Assembly: GCA_963848305.1 (NCBI GenBank)
Contig: CAWKDC010000001.1
Location: 608,001-672,000 of the forward strand
DNA length: 64,000 nt
Source of the DNA: an uncultured Gammaproteobacteria bacterium
GTDB lineage: Bacteria; Pseudomonadota; Gammaproteobacteria; JABCZS01
Direction: 5' to 3'
Shown here: piece by piece, positions 52,821 through 64,000 of the stretch
How the letters are laid out: each line of letters opens with the position of its first letter
How positions within the stretch are numbered: position 1 is the stretch's first letter
The notes under the pieces: generated by a model
What the model saw: the letters and a program-made list of their open reading frames with translations, nothing else
Database searches by the model: none
Told to the model about the DNA's origin: nothing
Position numbers and translations under genes: made by a program

Positions 52821-55800
52821 ATGACAATTGTTTATAAAAATAACATATTGTATGTGGATAATGAACCCGTGATTCATGAAGGATCTGATGGCTACGCCGA
52901 CATGCAACAGTTGTGCTGGGTTCAGGTGGGCGACAAACGCATCATCAAACCCTTCACCGCACGCGTGTATGCAAAAGATCTAGAAAACCTGTGTGAAGAT
53001 GTGCGCGTGAATGGGCATCGCGTCGCGACGATCCATTCCTATTTTAAAAAATGCTATGGCGATGAAATGTCAGAGGGTGGCGTGAAAAGTGGTACCAAAG
53101 GTGGGTCATCGCATTTCATCACAGCATCGCCCAATGTCTCTCATGAAGGTATGCGGTTTGTACGTCGCGGGGATATGATCATTGCCAACAACCGTAATTC
53201 GGTTATTGGTGCATGGCAAGATTCACCGCCCAATGCGCCGTCTTTTCAAGATAAATGCCAATCCAAATTGATTAGCCCCAACGATCAGATTGAAACGGTG
53301 ACACTCTCAGTTCAACTTAATCCATATGATACAAAACCGAATCGAACACTGCCCTTTCACCGCGCACTTTCAGTATCAACGCCTGAGCAAGAATTTATCG
53401 CATACGCACATACCACGGGCGCAATTGCTGTCGATCATAAAATCACTTTTCAATTGTCTGTCCCACGGGCTGACAAAATAGAAGTACGTGAATGCTTAAA
53501 CGATCCAGCTGGCGACTTGTATAGCGTGCATCAAGGGTTCGGAAATGTGAACATGATTGTCGCTGATTTTAAAACATTTAGCTCACCGGAAAATGATCCA
53601 GCGCATATTCAAGCGGTATTTTCAGATACATGGATTTATATATTGAAAGATGGACAACCATGGCGCGAAATGAAAGGAAACCATGAAATAAATTTGATAA
53701 AAGAAGCAGGCAAAGATATTCGCACCAGCCGAATATCGACTGATCGTGGCATTTTATTCAATGTGTCTGATCAAGAGGGGAAACATGAGTATGCTTATAT
53801 TATTTCTCCTGTTCAATTTACTTGGCAACAAATGCAATCCATTCCAGCCAGAGATGCAGTCGAGATGATATTCGGAAAATACCCAGAGGAACCAGTCCCA
53901 GACACCTATTTATCGCATGAATCCGTGTTCAACTATCCTCATCCTTCAGTCGCTGTGGTTTACATGAAAGATCCAGTAGGTCACGCTAGGTATTTAGCAG
54001 ATCAGATCATTGCACTTCACGATGCTCACATGGATTTTTTATCTGAACATACAGATTTATACCATTCAGGAAAATTGGTTGGTGATGTGCTGCAAGCATT
54101 GCAGGAACATGGTGAAGACTATCGGAAACATGTTCGAGATACAGAACGGTTAGAACAGGCACGATTATATGAAGAAACGTTGAAAATATACGAAATGAAA
54201 CTTGCTGAGTTAACAGATTTGTTGAAAGCATGTGTGGAACAAGCAGAGTCAAGCCATGCCTGGCAACAAGTTGATTTGACACAAACACATCATTTGGATC
54301 AACTGTCACAAGATTGGTATCGCATGGGCATGGCATTGAATCAAACGCAGATCGGCCGTGAATGTATAGTACAATTTTTGAAAGATGAACGAAGTACTCT
54401 GAATTATCTTTTAAATGCCGTTCCCGTTGTCGCGATATCATCCAGCACCAAAGGCATTGCGATGTCTTTGCTTGAGATGCTTGCCATTCCCTCTGCGAGT
54501 TATACGGAAGGTTTTCAAAAGCTGATTGCTTGGGTCAATAAGGTTTTTAAGGGGTTTGTTGACGCGAAAATCGTTCAAACATCATTCGACGAATTATCAA
54601 AACAAAGCCGTCCACTTTCATTGCCCATTGAGGTCGACCCGCATCATTTCGTCCTCACCATCACGCCTGATCGCCGGTTAGAGACGTTGGAAAATGACAC
54701 AGCTGCCCATACCCAAAAAAACTTGCTCAACCTCGACTACCCTCACAACAAAAAACGCTCTATCATATTGAATCCGTGACAATCAATGGTATGCCCGTAC
54801 ACCGCATCGCCAATGATCTGATTAAGCATCCTATGCTACATCAAATCTTTGTGATATTAGGGAGTGCGAATGCGGTGAGCGTGATGAGGCAGATGGACAC
54901 ATCTGATATCTCGTGTCAAGAAAAGTATCTATTGATAGCGGAGTTTATTAGTGGAATCGCTGAAACATTAACCTCAATTATTGAAATATCTGCATTAAAC
55001 ATTTATGCATCACAAAAAATTGGGAAACACAAAACTGCATCATTTATGAAGCTATTGACTCGAAAATTTTCGGGTATTGGCATATTAATCTATGCCGGGA
55101 CAGACATGTATAGAGGATTAAGCGCATTAAAATCAGGTTCAACTGGACTGGCTGCTGGATATGGTGCTGGTGTTGCGTCAGGGATGTTTTCATTCACCCT
55201 TTTGTTCACTAATGCCATTGCGACCACATTCTGTCTTCTTAATATTGTTCTATTAGCAAGTTCATTGTTCTTTGGCATTCTCAGCGTCATATTGCTAACA
55301 TATTTTTATAAAAATGAATGGGAAGAATGGCTCTATCAATCACCATGGGGAGCATCTGATACGCGTGTGGCAAAGCATCAAGATTCATTATTGAGATTGT
55401 TTAAAATCTTACAGATGGTTTATGTCAGTGACGTGCGGTATCTTGACAGTTCATTGCGTCAAAAAATACCACCTAAGCGTTATGAGAAAGTGATTCGAGA
55501 ACCGATTGATGGATCGATCCCAGTATTACGAGAAATAATACCCTCCCTGCATCAGGAACTGATGCGAAGCCCTATCCTGTTAACCATCAAAATCGTTCCC
55601 GTTCCAGATGCCGTGATCTTGGGATTTTTTGCAAAAAATAAGGCATTTGATATTCTAGGAAACCCTGAAATCCTGGCACCTTTCCGATATGAAAGATTTC
55701 ACAAAACAGATAATGATCATTCGCATTATATGACCATCAATCTACCTGGAAATATTTTGCCTGCTTCAGGTGAATCGCTTAAATTAACCTTGCGTTATCT

Positions 55801-55906
55801 TCTGCCACACGGCAAAGAATACGCAATGATTGAAACACGACATTTTCAAATTGAATACGATCGTTTGAATTATGTTTACCAGACAAGGCAAGTAAACTCA
55901 ATCTAA
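52821..55906 (+). CDS. PAAR-like (DUF4150)-MIX-membrane toxin, split by a 1-nt frameshift at the A7 run 54715-54721
   Basis: N-terminus GDEMSEGGVKSGT..G...F...S.NV..EG...VR.GD....N; WIYILKDGQPWRE and SPVQFTW (MIX-like); C-terminal hydrophobic helices followed by EEWLYQSPWG; one extra A joins the two ORFs. Confidence 0.7.
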
Positions 55907-56087
55907 GAAGATCGAGAAGGCCGAAGGCCTTAAAGATTCTAACCCAGGGTAAAGTGCGCGAAGCGCACTGTAACCCTGGGTAATGTATGAGAGACTTTAT
56001 TGAGCACTGAAAGTGCGAAAGAAAAGCTTATAGCACATGTAATGCGCTTCAGCGCATGGGTATTGGTTGGACAATAATGGGGCAGTA

Positions 56088-57020
56088 ATGATTCAGTGGT
56101 TGATAAAAAAATATAGACTCAAATTGAAACAAAATCCAAACTATATTCGACAAAAACCCATGGGACGTGGCGCGCCCACCTGGGATGAATGGGAATATTT
56201 ACAACAATTTGATTGGTATTATGATGAATTTACATTTGAAAAGCGCTTCTCGTTTAAGGAAAGCGACTTAATCGAAAACCAAAAAAATTCTTCTCCATGC
56301 CTAACTTTCAAAAATGACAAGCTTATATTGAAAGTATTTTGTCATAATAATTTAGATGCATCAAGAAAAGTCATTGGCTCCTTTTCCGTTTTCCAATTAT
56401 TTCCAATTTTTTCGTTTGTTTTTGCAATATTATATTTCTCGGCATGGCTTTCACAGAGTGACATAAATTTTATACATCACTTTTTATCATTGTTTTTTGG
56501 TCTTCCAATTTTTATTTCTTGCTCATTGTTATTAAAAGTGGTCAAAGAATCCGCCGACATCCCCTATGCTATTTTTGACGGACATCAAAATACAATGATT
56601 ATTCGAAGTCAAGCTGGTGATGAGCACATTTCGTACGATCGGATCAGTTTTCAACTGTTGTCCATCTATGAAACCGCGTTAGGCGGTGCAATTGAAATGA
56701 ATATTTCATATGAGCATGAAGGATTACCGCCCAAGCAAATTATCACAGATATTTTTGAGACACCGCAACAAGCTCACAGTATTTTGAAAACCTATTATAC
56801 AATCTTGTCGGGTGATCCAACGATTTATGAGCAAGACTTGAAACCACATCCTGTAACATGGCGAGAATTTAATTTGCCATTTTGGCAGGCTGCAAAGGCA
56901 TATCGGGCGTCGTCCATGCGTCGGTTGATGTGTGTTTTCCCGCATTATTTATGTTTCCGCTTGATCCACGGGCATCCGATGGCAGTGTTGAGAGAGTATG
57001 AAATGGAAAAAGATTTGTAG
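56088..57020 (+). CDS. Putative membrane immunity protein
   Basis: Next gene after the toxin; two central TM helices; AT-rich. Confidence 0.55.
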   Translation: MIQWLIKKYRLKLKQNPNYIRQKPMGRGAPTWDEWEYLQQFDWYYDEFTFEKRFSFKESDLIENQKNSSPCLTFKNDKLILKVFCHNNLDASRKVIGSFSVFQLFPIFSFVFAILYFSAWLSQSDINFIHHFLSLFFGLPIFISCSLLLKVVKESADIPYAIFDGHQNTMIIRSQAGDEHISYDRISFQLLSIYETALGGAIEMNISYEHEGLPPKQIITDIFETPQQAHSILKTYYTILSGDPTIYEQDLKPHPVTWREFNLPFWQAAKAYRASSMRRLMCVFPHYLCFRLIHGHPMAVLREYEMEKDL

Positions 57021-57092
57021 GGGCGCATATTTTCCCCCGTGCGACACAGGCGCGTCTTCGACGCACAGGCGCCCGCGACAGCGGGAAAAATC

Positions 57093-57824
57093 CTACAAAA
57101 ATCTTTGCCGCATCACCTCGTACAACGCTATCCCCGTCGCAACGGATACGTTCAGGCTTTGCATTTCATTTTGCATCGGAATATATGCAAGAAAATCGCA
57201 GTGTTTTTGTGTGCCGGCACGAATGCCCTCGCCTTCGGAACCCATCACAATCGCAATCGAACCTTTCAAATCCAATTGAGACAAAGGCTTGGCTTGCTCA
57301 TTCAATACGGTGCCGACAATCCAAATGCGTTCATCTTTCATCATCTCTAGCGCGCGCGATAAATTAGTGACAGCAAATAAATCCAACTGTTCAACAGCCC
57401 CACTGGCGACTTTATGTACAATCGGTGTGATTTGCGCCTGCTTGTCTTTGGGCCAGACGACAGCCGTCACGCCAAATGCGGCGGCTGAACGCAAGCATGC
57501 GCCCAAATTATGGGGATCTTGAATCCCATCCAGGACTAAAATCAAGGGATTATCTGGTAATTTAGCCAGAAAAGTTTTGAAAGACTTTTCATCGCCAATT
57601 TTTTTATCATTCATCATCAGTGCAATGCCTTGATGATTGGCATCACGCACATGTTGATCCAACTGATTGACACGTTCTATGCGAACGCCGAATGATTGTG
57701 CCAAAGAAACCACTTCAGTTAAACGGGCATCTTTCTTATCGATTTGCACATACAATGTTTTCGCATCTTCAGGTGAAGATTTTAAACATTGAGCTACTGC
57801 GTGAAACCCATACACCCATCTCAT
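57093..57824 (-). CDS. rlmB: 23S rRNA Gm2251 methyltransferase
   Basis: HQGI, LDGIQDPHNLGACLRSA, GSEGEG, SLNVSVA; follows rnr. Confidence 0.95.
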   Translation of the reverse strand: MRWVYGFHAVAQCLKSSPEDAKTLYVQIDKKDARLTEVVSLAQSFGVRIERVNQLDQHVRDANHQGIALMMNDKKIGDEKSFKTFLAKLPDNPLILVLDGIQDPHNLGACLRSAAAFGVTAVVWPKDKQAQITPIVHKVASGAVEQLDLFAVTNLSRALEMMKDERIWIVGTVLNEQAKPLSQLDLKGSIAIVMGSEGEGIRAGTQKHCDFLAYIPMQNEMQSLNVSVATGIALYEVMRQRFL

Positions 57825-60026
57825 TTTTTCTTTTTCACCTTCTCAACCAATAAGAAATCAATTTTACGATCATCTAAATGCACGGCCGCGATTTTCACGG
57901 TGACTTTATCGCCGATGCGGAAAATCACACCGCTGCGATCGCCTGTTAAGCGGTGATGAATCGCATCGTATTGATAGTAATCATTATCAAGCGATGCCAC
58001 ATGTACCAGCCCTTCCACAAAAATATCCGTGAGTTCAACAAAGATACCAAAACCAGTGACCGATGTGATCATGCCTTCAAATGTTTCGCCGACGTGATCT
58101 AGCATGTATTCACATTTGAGCCAATGCGTGACATCTCGAGTGGCTTCATCGGCGCGACGTTCAGTCATGGAGCAATGTTCACCCATTTGCGCCAACATCT
58201 TTTCATCGAAATGGGCTTTATCGACATGGCCAGATAATACTTCTTTTAACGCACGATGCACAATCAAGTCTGGATAACGGCGAATCGGTGAAGTGAAGTG
58301 TGTGTAAGAATCGAATGCTAAGCCGAAATGGCCCATGTTGTCTTTCAAATACACTGCCTGTTTCATTGAGCGTAATGCGACTGTTTGTAATAACTGTTTA
58401 TCATCGCGGTCACGAATGCTTTCGATCAGTTTGGCATAATGTTTGGGCTCTGGATCGTCGCCACCACCCAACACCAAGCCAAAGGGTGCCAAAAATTGGC
58501 GTAATTCATTCAGCTTTTCAGGCAAGGGTTTTTCATGGACACGGAACAAAGCAGGCATATCATGCTCAATTAAAAAGTTGGCAACTGTCTGGTTTGCAGC
58601 CAGCATGCATTCTTCAATCAGTTTATGTGCGACATTGCGTGTGCGTGGGACGATTTTAGAAATCTTTTTATTCTCGTCAAATAATATTTGTGTTTCAACT
58701 GTTTCAAAATCGATGGCTCCACGTTTTTCACGCTGGGCCAACAAACGCTCGTACAATGCATGCAGAACGGTAATATCTTCACATAATTCAGCAGGAATAT
58801 CATGCGGCTGGTTTTCTAAAAATGCAGCGACCCGCGTGTAGGTTAAGCGTTCTTTCGAACAAATCACGCCATCATAAATCTCACTGTGTTTGATCACGCC
58901 CGCATTCGATATATCCATTTGGCACACCATCACCAAACGATCCACATACGGTTTCAATGAGCATAAACCGTTCGATAAAATTTCCGGCAACATGGGAATC
59001 ACGCGGTTGGGGAAATAAACAGAATTACCGCGTTCATAGGCGGAATGATCCAACGCCGTACCAGGCTTCACATAATATGCCACATCCGCAATTGCGACAT
59101 ATAATTGATATCCGCCTTTCGTTTTTCTGGCGTACACAGCATCGTCGAAATCTCTGGCGTCTTCACCATCAATCGTCACAAAATGCAAATCACGTAAATC
59201 TTTGCGGCCTTCATACGCTTCTTTTGGAACCGTTTCGGTTCAGATTTTTCACTTCCGCTTCAACTTCAGGATCGAATGCAAACGGCAAACCATGTGCACG
59301 TACAGCGACATCCACTTCTAACCCAGGGCCCATGTGTTCGCCCAATATTTCAATCACTTCACCCATGGCATACTTGTGTGCCGTGGGAGGATGCGTGATT
59401 TTAACGACGACGATGTCACCCGATTTGGGATGCAATGCGCCTTGATGAATCAAAATGTCTTGCGCAATTTCACGTGAGCCGGGAACGACATAAGGCACCC
59501 CCGCTTCAACCGCATAACGCCCGACCACTTGCGGGGTGTTGCGTTCCAGAATTTCAACAATTTTACCCTCATGACGGCCTTTGCGATCGGGAAAACTCTC
59601 GCGCGCAATGACGCGATCTCCATGAAATACTTGGCGCATTTCAAATGGGGATAAAAACAGATCTTTGCTGCCATCGTCAGGCACGAGAAAACCGAAACCA
59701 TCTTTATGAGCTTGCACACGGCCGGCCACGAGACGCATTTTGTCGAGCAGCCCGTAGTTGCCGCGGCGATTGACTGCCAACTGGCCATCGCGCACCATCG
59801 CACGCAAGCGACGATCCAACGCTTCTAAATCGGATTCACTGCTTAGATGCAATAACTCAGCGATTTCTTCAAAATTCTGGGGTTTCCCGACACCTTCCAA
59901 TGTCATCAAGATAAATTCACGGCTGGGGATAGGGGATTCGTATTTTTGGGCTTCCCGCTCATGATGGGGATCTTTCGATTTTTTCAACTTTTTCGACTCT
60001 TTTAACGCTTTAGACTTTCTAGGCAT
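57821..60026 (-). CDS. rnr: Ribonuclease R with an apparent +1 frameshift near 59235-59250
   Basis: N-terminus PIPSRE/HKDGFGF in 59211-60101; TIDGEDARDFDDA, HFTSPIRRYPD and S1 domain in 57821-59188; span 2206 = 3n+1. Confidence 0.93.
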
Positions 60027-60413
60027 ACTTTGATTCGCTCCTGCGATGTTTGGCTTCCATATTTCTGGCTGCATTCTAACACAGAATGCAGTATCATTCA
60101 CCTTTTAGTATCGGCACTTAAAGAGGCCACATGTACAAGTCAACTTCATCAGAATATGCCCCTGCATCGTTTTGGCGCCGCCTGGGGGCACTTTTTTATG
60201 ATGTCTTGGCCAGCCTGGCCCTGCTCATGTTCGCCAGTGCCTTGTGGTTGCCGTTTTACGGCGGGCATGCGGTACCCCCTGGAAACCACTGGTATCAAGC
60301 TTCCTTGATTGGGGTGTTATATCTCTATTTTGGATATTCTTGGCACAAGGGGCAAACACTGGGGATGCGAGCCTGGCGGCTTTATATCACTGATTTATCT
60401 GGAAAACCTGTTT

Positions 60414-62289
60414 CAGCAGTTCCCGCCAAGCAAATGCTATTATCCAAACTCACTCTCATGATCGGTGTTTAGGAATTTAGGGCGAGCAAAAGCTTCTAAT
60501 AGAATTTAGATAAGATTATTAAAGTTATTTTTTCTGGCTCAAAAATCAAAAAATCATTCGACACTACTTACGCACGTTGATCCAACAGCTTAACTATCAA
60601 TAATGAGCTGCGCCCCATATTCTCCGCCACTGGATATAGCCGTAAATAAATCATGCCAACTTTCAATAAAGTAACACATAAAAAATGCGCGCATTCTTTC
60701 CCATAGCGACGTTCGAGACCGATATCTTTCTCGAGCTTGCTTAAAAAGATGACAGCTTAATTCTTGAACTTGATCTACAAAAAAAGCCAACAACATAAGC
60801 ATGCCAAAAATCGTGCAAAGATTTTTATATCCATGGCCAAAATTGTGTGAAAAATGATAATTTTGATTTTTGAGCGTATTAAATGCATTATTTTCTATTT
60901 TCCAGTTTGAACGTCCTCCTCTCATGATGTCATATAAATTCTCTTGCGTAATTTGAATATCGGTAACCCAGCTAAAATGTTGCACTTTCCCTTTCTTATC
61001 TGTCTCCCAATATTCCAAAAAATTAACCTTAAAATCAGGGTGGCTTCTATTAAGCGGCGCCTGATTTCTATAGCGATAACGGTGTGTTTTTCCATCTGTC
61101 GTGCTCTGACAGTATTCCGTGCAGTCAGCACCTTCAAGCCATTCAAATAAAAATTCATGATCACCTGGCTTAACACCCACAATATAACGCATATCTAAGG
61201 CATTTAAATCTCGCAAATGAGGCACATTAGAAGCCAGCGCGTCTTCAACAACAATAAATTTTAAATGTGGGTGCTCGCGTCTGGCATCAGAATATAAGCG
61301 CTTAGCTGCATTTCGTTCACAATCATTCTTTGTGCATCCATCTGTCTTTGCAATCGCTTCAGGGGCAAGTGGTAACACTATTTTTTTGTCAGGATGTACA
61401 ATAGCCGCACAAAACATATTGTGATAATAATGAACCTGCTCATCAGGCTGTGGCAGCCGATAGTGCTCCGTCAGCATCTCATGGATAAGCACATGCTCTG
61501 TCTCGAGTAAATCTCGTTTTGTTCTACCTTTTAACAGTGCGTTTAATTCAGGCAGCGCGTTCAGATCAATCATCAGCCACTGTTTCTTCCCATCTACAAA
61601 ATATAGCGTCCATTCATCCCCCCATGGAGAATCAATAGGCTTAATCAACACATAAGTATTTTTTTTGGCAGTTTTAGGGCGCTTTGATCGAATGATGACG
61701 TGACATTGACCATAGTGTTTGCTGCAACAGTTTTCACAATGCACGCTAGGCGATGAAAAAAAACCAGTCCCATCCCCAGCTAACAAATAATGTCCTTTCA
61801 GTAAATATTCAAATTCTTCCAGCGCTTTCCCACGTTGCACACATGCAAATACCCGCTTAAATGCTTGCCTAACTGCATTAGGCTCTACCTCATCACAGCG
61901 CTCTCGCATATAGGTGTCACAGGGCGCTTGTTCCACTCCAAATAATGTACGTAAATTATGTCGAGTTATTTTTTCACTTAAGCTTTCATCAAATTTCAAT
62001 AACGAAGGATATTTTAAAGAAAAAACTGCTAAACCGGACATTAGACAATCAACTAATGTAATAGGCGTGCCTCGTTCAACACGTGCATGAGGCAGATCAA
62101 TTTTCGCAAATTGATTGCGAATTATGCCGAGCAGCCCATTCGCCGATAAATATTTTTTTGGTAATTTCATTAACTAACCTTCCTTGGTATGTGCTCATGT
62201 TAGAAACACTATATTATCCAAAAAGTTTACGAAATGAAATTTAAAAATTACCTATTTATCAAGCGTTTTTTACTTGGCGGGAACTGCTG
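60414..62289 (-). mobile_element. Insertion sequence, 1876 bp, with 17-bp TIRs and a 9-bp TSD
   Basis: TIR CAGCAGTTCCCGCCAAG at 60414-60430 and its inverse at 62273-62289; AACCTGTTT duplicated at 60405-60413 and 62290-62298. Confidence 0.95.
60590..62170 (-). CDS. DDE transposase (IS4-superfamily/ISNCY-like)
   Basis: AGDGTG, VEDAL, GRSNWKIENNAFNTLK, HNFGHG. Confidence 0.9.
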   Translation of the reverse strand: MKLPKKYLSANGLLGIIRNQFAKIDLPHARVERGTPITLVDCLMSGLAVFSLKYPSLLKFDESLSEKITRHNLRTLFGVEQAPCDTYMRERCDEVEPNAVRQAFKRVFACVQRGKALEEFEYLLKGHYLLAGDGTGFFSSPSVHCENCCSKHYGQCHVIIRSKRPKTAKKNTYVLIKPIDSPWGDEWTLYFVDGKKQWLMIDLNALPELNALLKGRTKRDLLETEHVLIHEMLTEHYRLPQPDEQVHYYHNMFCAAIVHPDKKIVLPLAPEAIAKTDGCTKNDCERNAAKRLYSDARREHPHLKFIVVEDALASNVPHLRDLNALDMRYIVGVKPGDHEFLFEWLEGADCTEYCQSTTDGKTHRYRYRNQAPLNRSHPDFKVNFLEYWETDKKGKVQHFSWVTDIQITQENLYDIMRGGRSNWKIENNAFNTLKNQNYHFSHNFGHGYKNLCTIFGMLMLLAFFVDQVQELSCHLFKQARERYRSRTSLWERMRAFFMCYFIESWHDLFTAISSGGEYGAQLIIDS

Positions 62290-62389
62290 AACCTGTTTCT
62301 TTTCGTCAGACAATCCTACGATTCCTGACTGCACCCCTTAATTTATTTTATGATAAATGGTCTGGAACCATTATCTATTGGAGAAAACC

Positions 62390-62659
62390 ATGACAAAGCG
62401 CCCCGTCACCATTGTGAACAAGCTGGGGATGCATGCCCGGGCAGCCGCCAAGTTTGTGCAGGCCGCCTCGCACTTCGAGAGCTTGATTGAGGTGGAGTAT
62501 AAAGGCCGCACAGTCAACGGCAAGAGTATCATGGGTGTGATGATGCTGGCTGCCAGCCAAGGCGCCACCATCACCCTCCTTGCCCAAGGCCCTGACAGCG
62601 ACGCGGCCCTTGATGCCTTATGCGAGCTGGTCGAGGGGAAGTTTGGGGAGGGAAGCTAG
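62390..62659 (+). CDS. HPr/NPr-family phosphocarrier protein
   Basis: NKLGMHARAAAK (phospho-His) and NGKSIMGVMMLAA. Confidence 0.95.
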   Translation: MTKRPVTIVNKLGMHARAAAKFVQAASHFESLIEVEYKGRTVNGKSIMGVMMLAASQGATITLLAQGPDSDAALDALCELVEGKFGEGS

Positions 62660-62661
62660 GA

Positions 62662-63960
62662 TCATTTGGGGTTGTTATGATGATGCCTTGAGCCAGAGCT
62701 CACTCTTGATGGTTTAGTCGGAGTGTTATTGGGTGCCGATGGCGGTGCCGAATGCATAAAATGAACACTCGAACCTGTTGATGATGAGGGCGTTTTCGGG
62801 AGAAATGCCCGTGGTGATTGCTTATCTTGTGTGACTTCAACCTTTCCTCTTGGTTTGAACAATGTGCGCAATGTCGTCAAAGATGTGAATAATTTGTTAA
62901 TGATCGTACCCAAGGTATTAAACCAGGTGCTTGAGGCAGCACCCTTACGAGAACTTTCTTGGATTGAGCCAAATTCAATCACATCATCATAACAACGCAT
63001 AGCCGCTGTTAATTTCTCAGTACGGGTATATCCCCAATTTAACCAGCCGTAAAATTCCCGTTTATCGTTAAAGCGTTTGATACAATAACGTTGCAATTCA
63101 TCAAAGTTTTGCGCAATCGCCTGAGTGAATATCACACCATGAAAAGGTTGAAATGCACGACGCAGATCCTGCTTAAGAACAAAAATATTTTGAATATCCA
63201 GCTCATGCTGATCTTGTCTGTCTAATTTTAAAATCAATAAAGAACAGTCGGTCAAGCATTTATTGAATGCAATCAATCTTTTTCGAAAGTCAGCCTTACT
63301 CTCATTCGGCAATTGCACTGATTGCATCGGCCATAATGATTGACAAGATGCAATCATGGCCCTGACCTGCAGTAACGTTGGACTGCTATCAGGTTGCCAT
63401 GCTAGTGTGATTCTTTCGGATAAGGCCCGATATTCCTGATCGTAACTCAACACTGCTTTATTATTGCCTGTTGATTGGGCATACTGGCCCACATTCTTTT
63501 TTAACGCGAGGATTCTGTTGATATGTTCTCTCGAATCAGAAACGTTGACTATCTGAACAGCCGATTGCTGTAACAGCCTACTAAAAGAAAGCATACGCCC
63601 TGCCTGTTCGTCTTCGTTTTCTAGCGTACCATTTGGCTTGATCCATCTTTCTTGGATCGCAGGCCATAATAGCTCAAGGGCTGTGATGAGGGCTGCTTGT
63701 TGGTCAAGCGTACTGATATTGGAAACCTGATCCACCAATCCCCGCATCAATGTTGCTAAAATGATCTGATATTCATTTTTATCTTCACTGTCTACCGTTG
63801 CATTCGTTTTCATGGCAGCGAGACTATCAAGGTAACCATGTCTTTCTGAGATTTTTGAATTATATACGTCTATCTTTCCCAACATTACATCGAATGTATT
63901 TTGTTTGATTTTTGGAAAGAGCGTTTTCAAGTCATTTAAAAGCACTAACCTTGCAGCCAT
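62662..63960 (-). CDS. Hypothetical helical protein with a Ser/Pro-rich tail
   Basis: 432-aa ORF; no recognised motif. Confidence 0.65.
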   Translation of the reverse strand: MAARLVLLNDLKTLFPKIKQNTFDVMLGKIDVYNSKISERHGYLDSLAAMKTNATVDSEDKNEYQIILATLMRGLVDQVSNISTLDQQAALITALELLWPAIQERWIKPNGTLENEDEQAGRMLSFSRLLQQSAVQIVNVSDSREHINRILALKKNVGQYAQSTGNNKAVLSYDQEYRALSERITLAWQPDSSPTLLQVRAMIASCQSLWPMQSVQLPNESKADFRKRLIAFNKCLTDCSLLILKLDRQDQHELDIQNIFVLKQDLRRAFQPFHGVIFTQAIAQNFDELQRYCIKRFNDKREFYGWLNWGYTRTEKLTAAMRCYDDVIEFGSIQESSRKGAASSTWFNTLGTIINKLFTSLTTLRTLFKPRGKVEVTQDKQSPRAFLPKTPSSSTGSSVHFMHSAPPSAPNNTPTKPSRVSSGSRHHHNNPK

Positions 63961-64000
63961 TCTTATCTTTATTTCTTCTTTATCGGAAATCGTTACTCTG

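Larger units (their letters stand above)
60131..62393 (+). pseudogene. RDD family membrane protein interrupted by an IS
   Basis: ASFWRRLGALFYD, GQTLGMRAW; removing the IS and one TSD restores GKPVSFRQTILRFLTAPL...WRKP*, with the stop overlapping the HPr ATG. Confidence 0.88.

Overview
Chromosomal window of a gammaproteobacterium. Gene order and several orphan, effector-like ORFs suggest a Legionellales/Coxiellales-like lineage (inference only). Core blocks: cdsA-uppS-frr-pyrH-tsf-rpsB/map; erpA/hemJ; a minus-strand rRNA operon (16S-23S-5S, no spacer tRNA); tyrS/M23/anmK; waaC/asd; ptsP-rppH-MFS-alr-dnaB-rplI-rpsR-rpsF; rlmB-rnr; HPr. The most striking feature is a ~303-nt intervening sequence replacing helix 25 of the 23S rRNA. 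It is closed by a 21-bp stem and encodes an intact small GIY-YIG nuclease in the rRNA sense, with its own Shine-Dalgarno and its stop codon inside the stem. Other accessory features: a PAAR-like(DUF4150)-MIX-membrane toxin with a putative immunity gene; an AT-rich PqqD/HprK-like kinase/glycosyltransferase/nucleotidyltransferase cluster beside an ABC-MFP-TolC exporter; three unannotated sRNA candidates (two are inverted twins); a candidate leader peptide ending RP-stop; an IS with 17-bp TIRs and a 9-bp TSD that splits an RDD gene; decayed toxin-antitoxin loci; and REP-like palindromes concentrated in the rRNA spacers. Four single-base frameshifts (pyrH, MFS, toxin, rnr) are most likely assembly indel errors. 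All family assignments come from motif recognition by eye; no searches were run.
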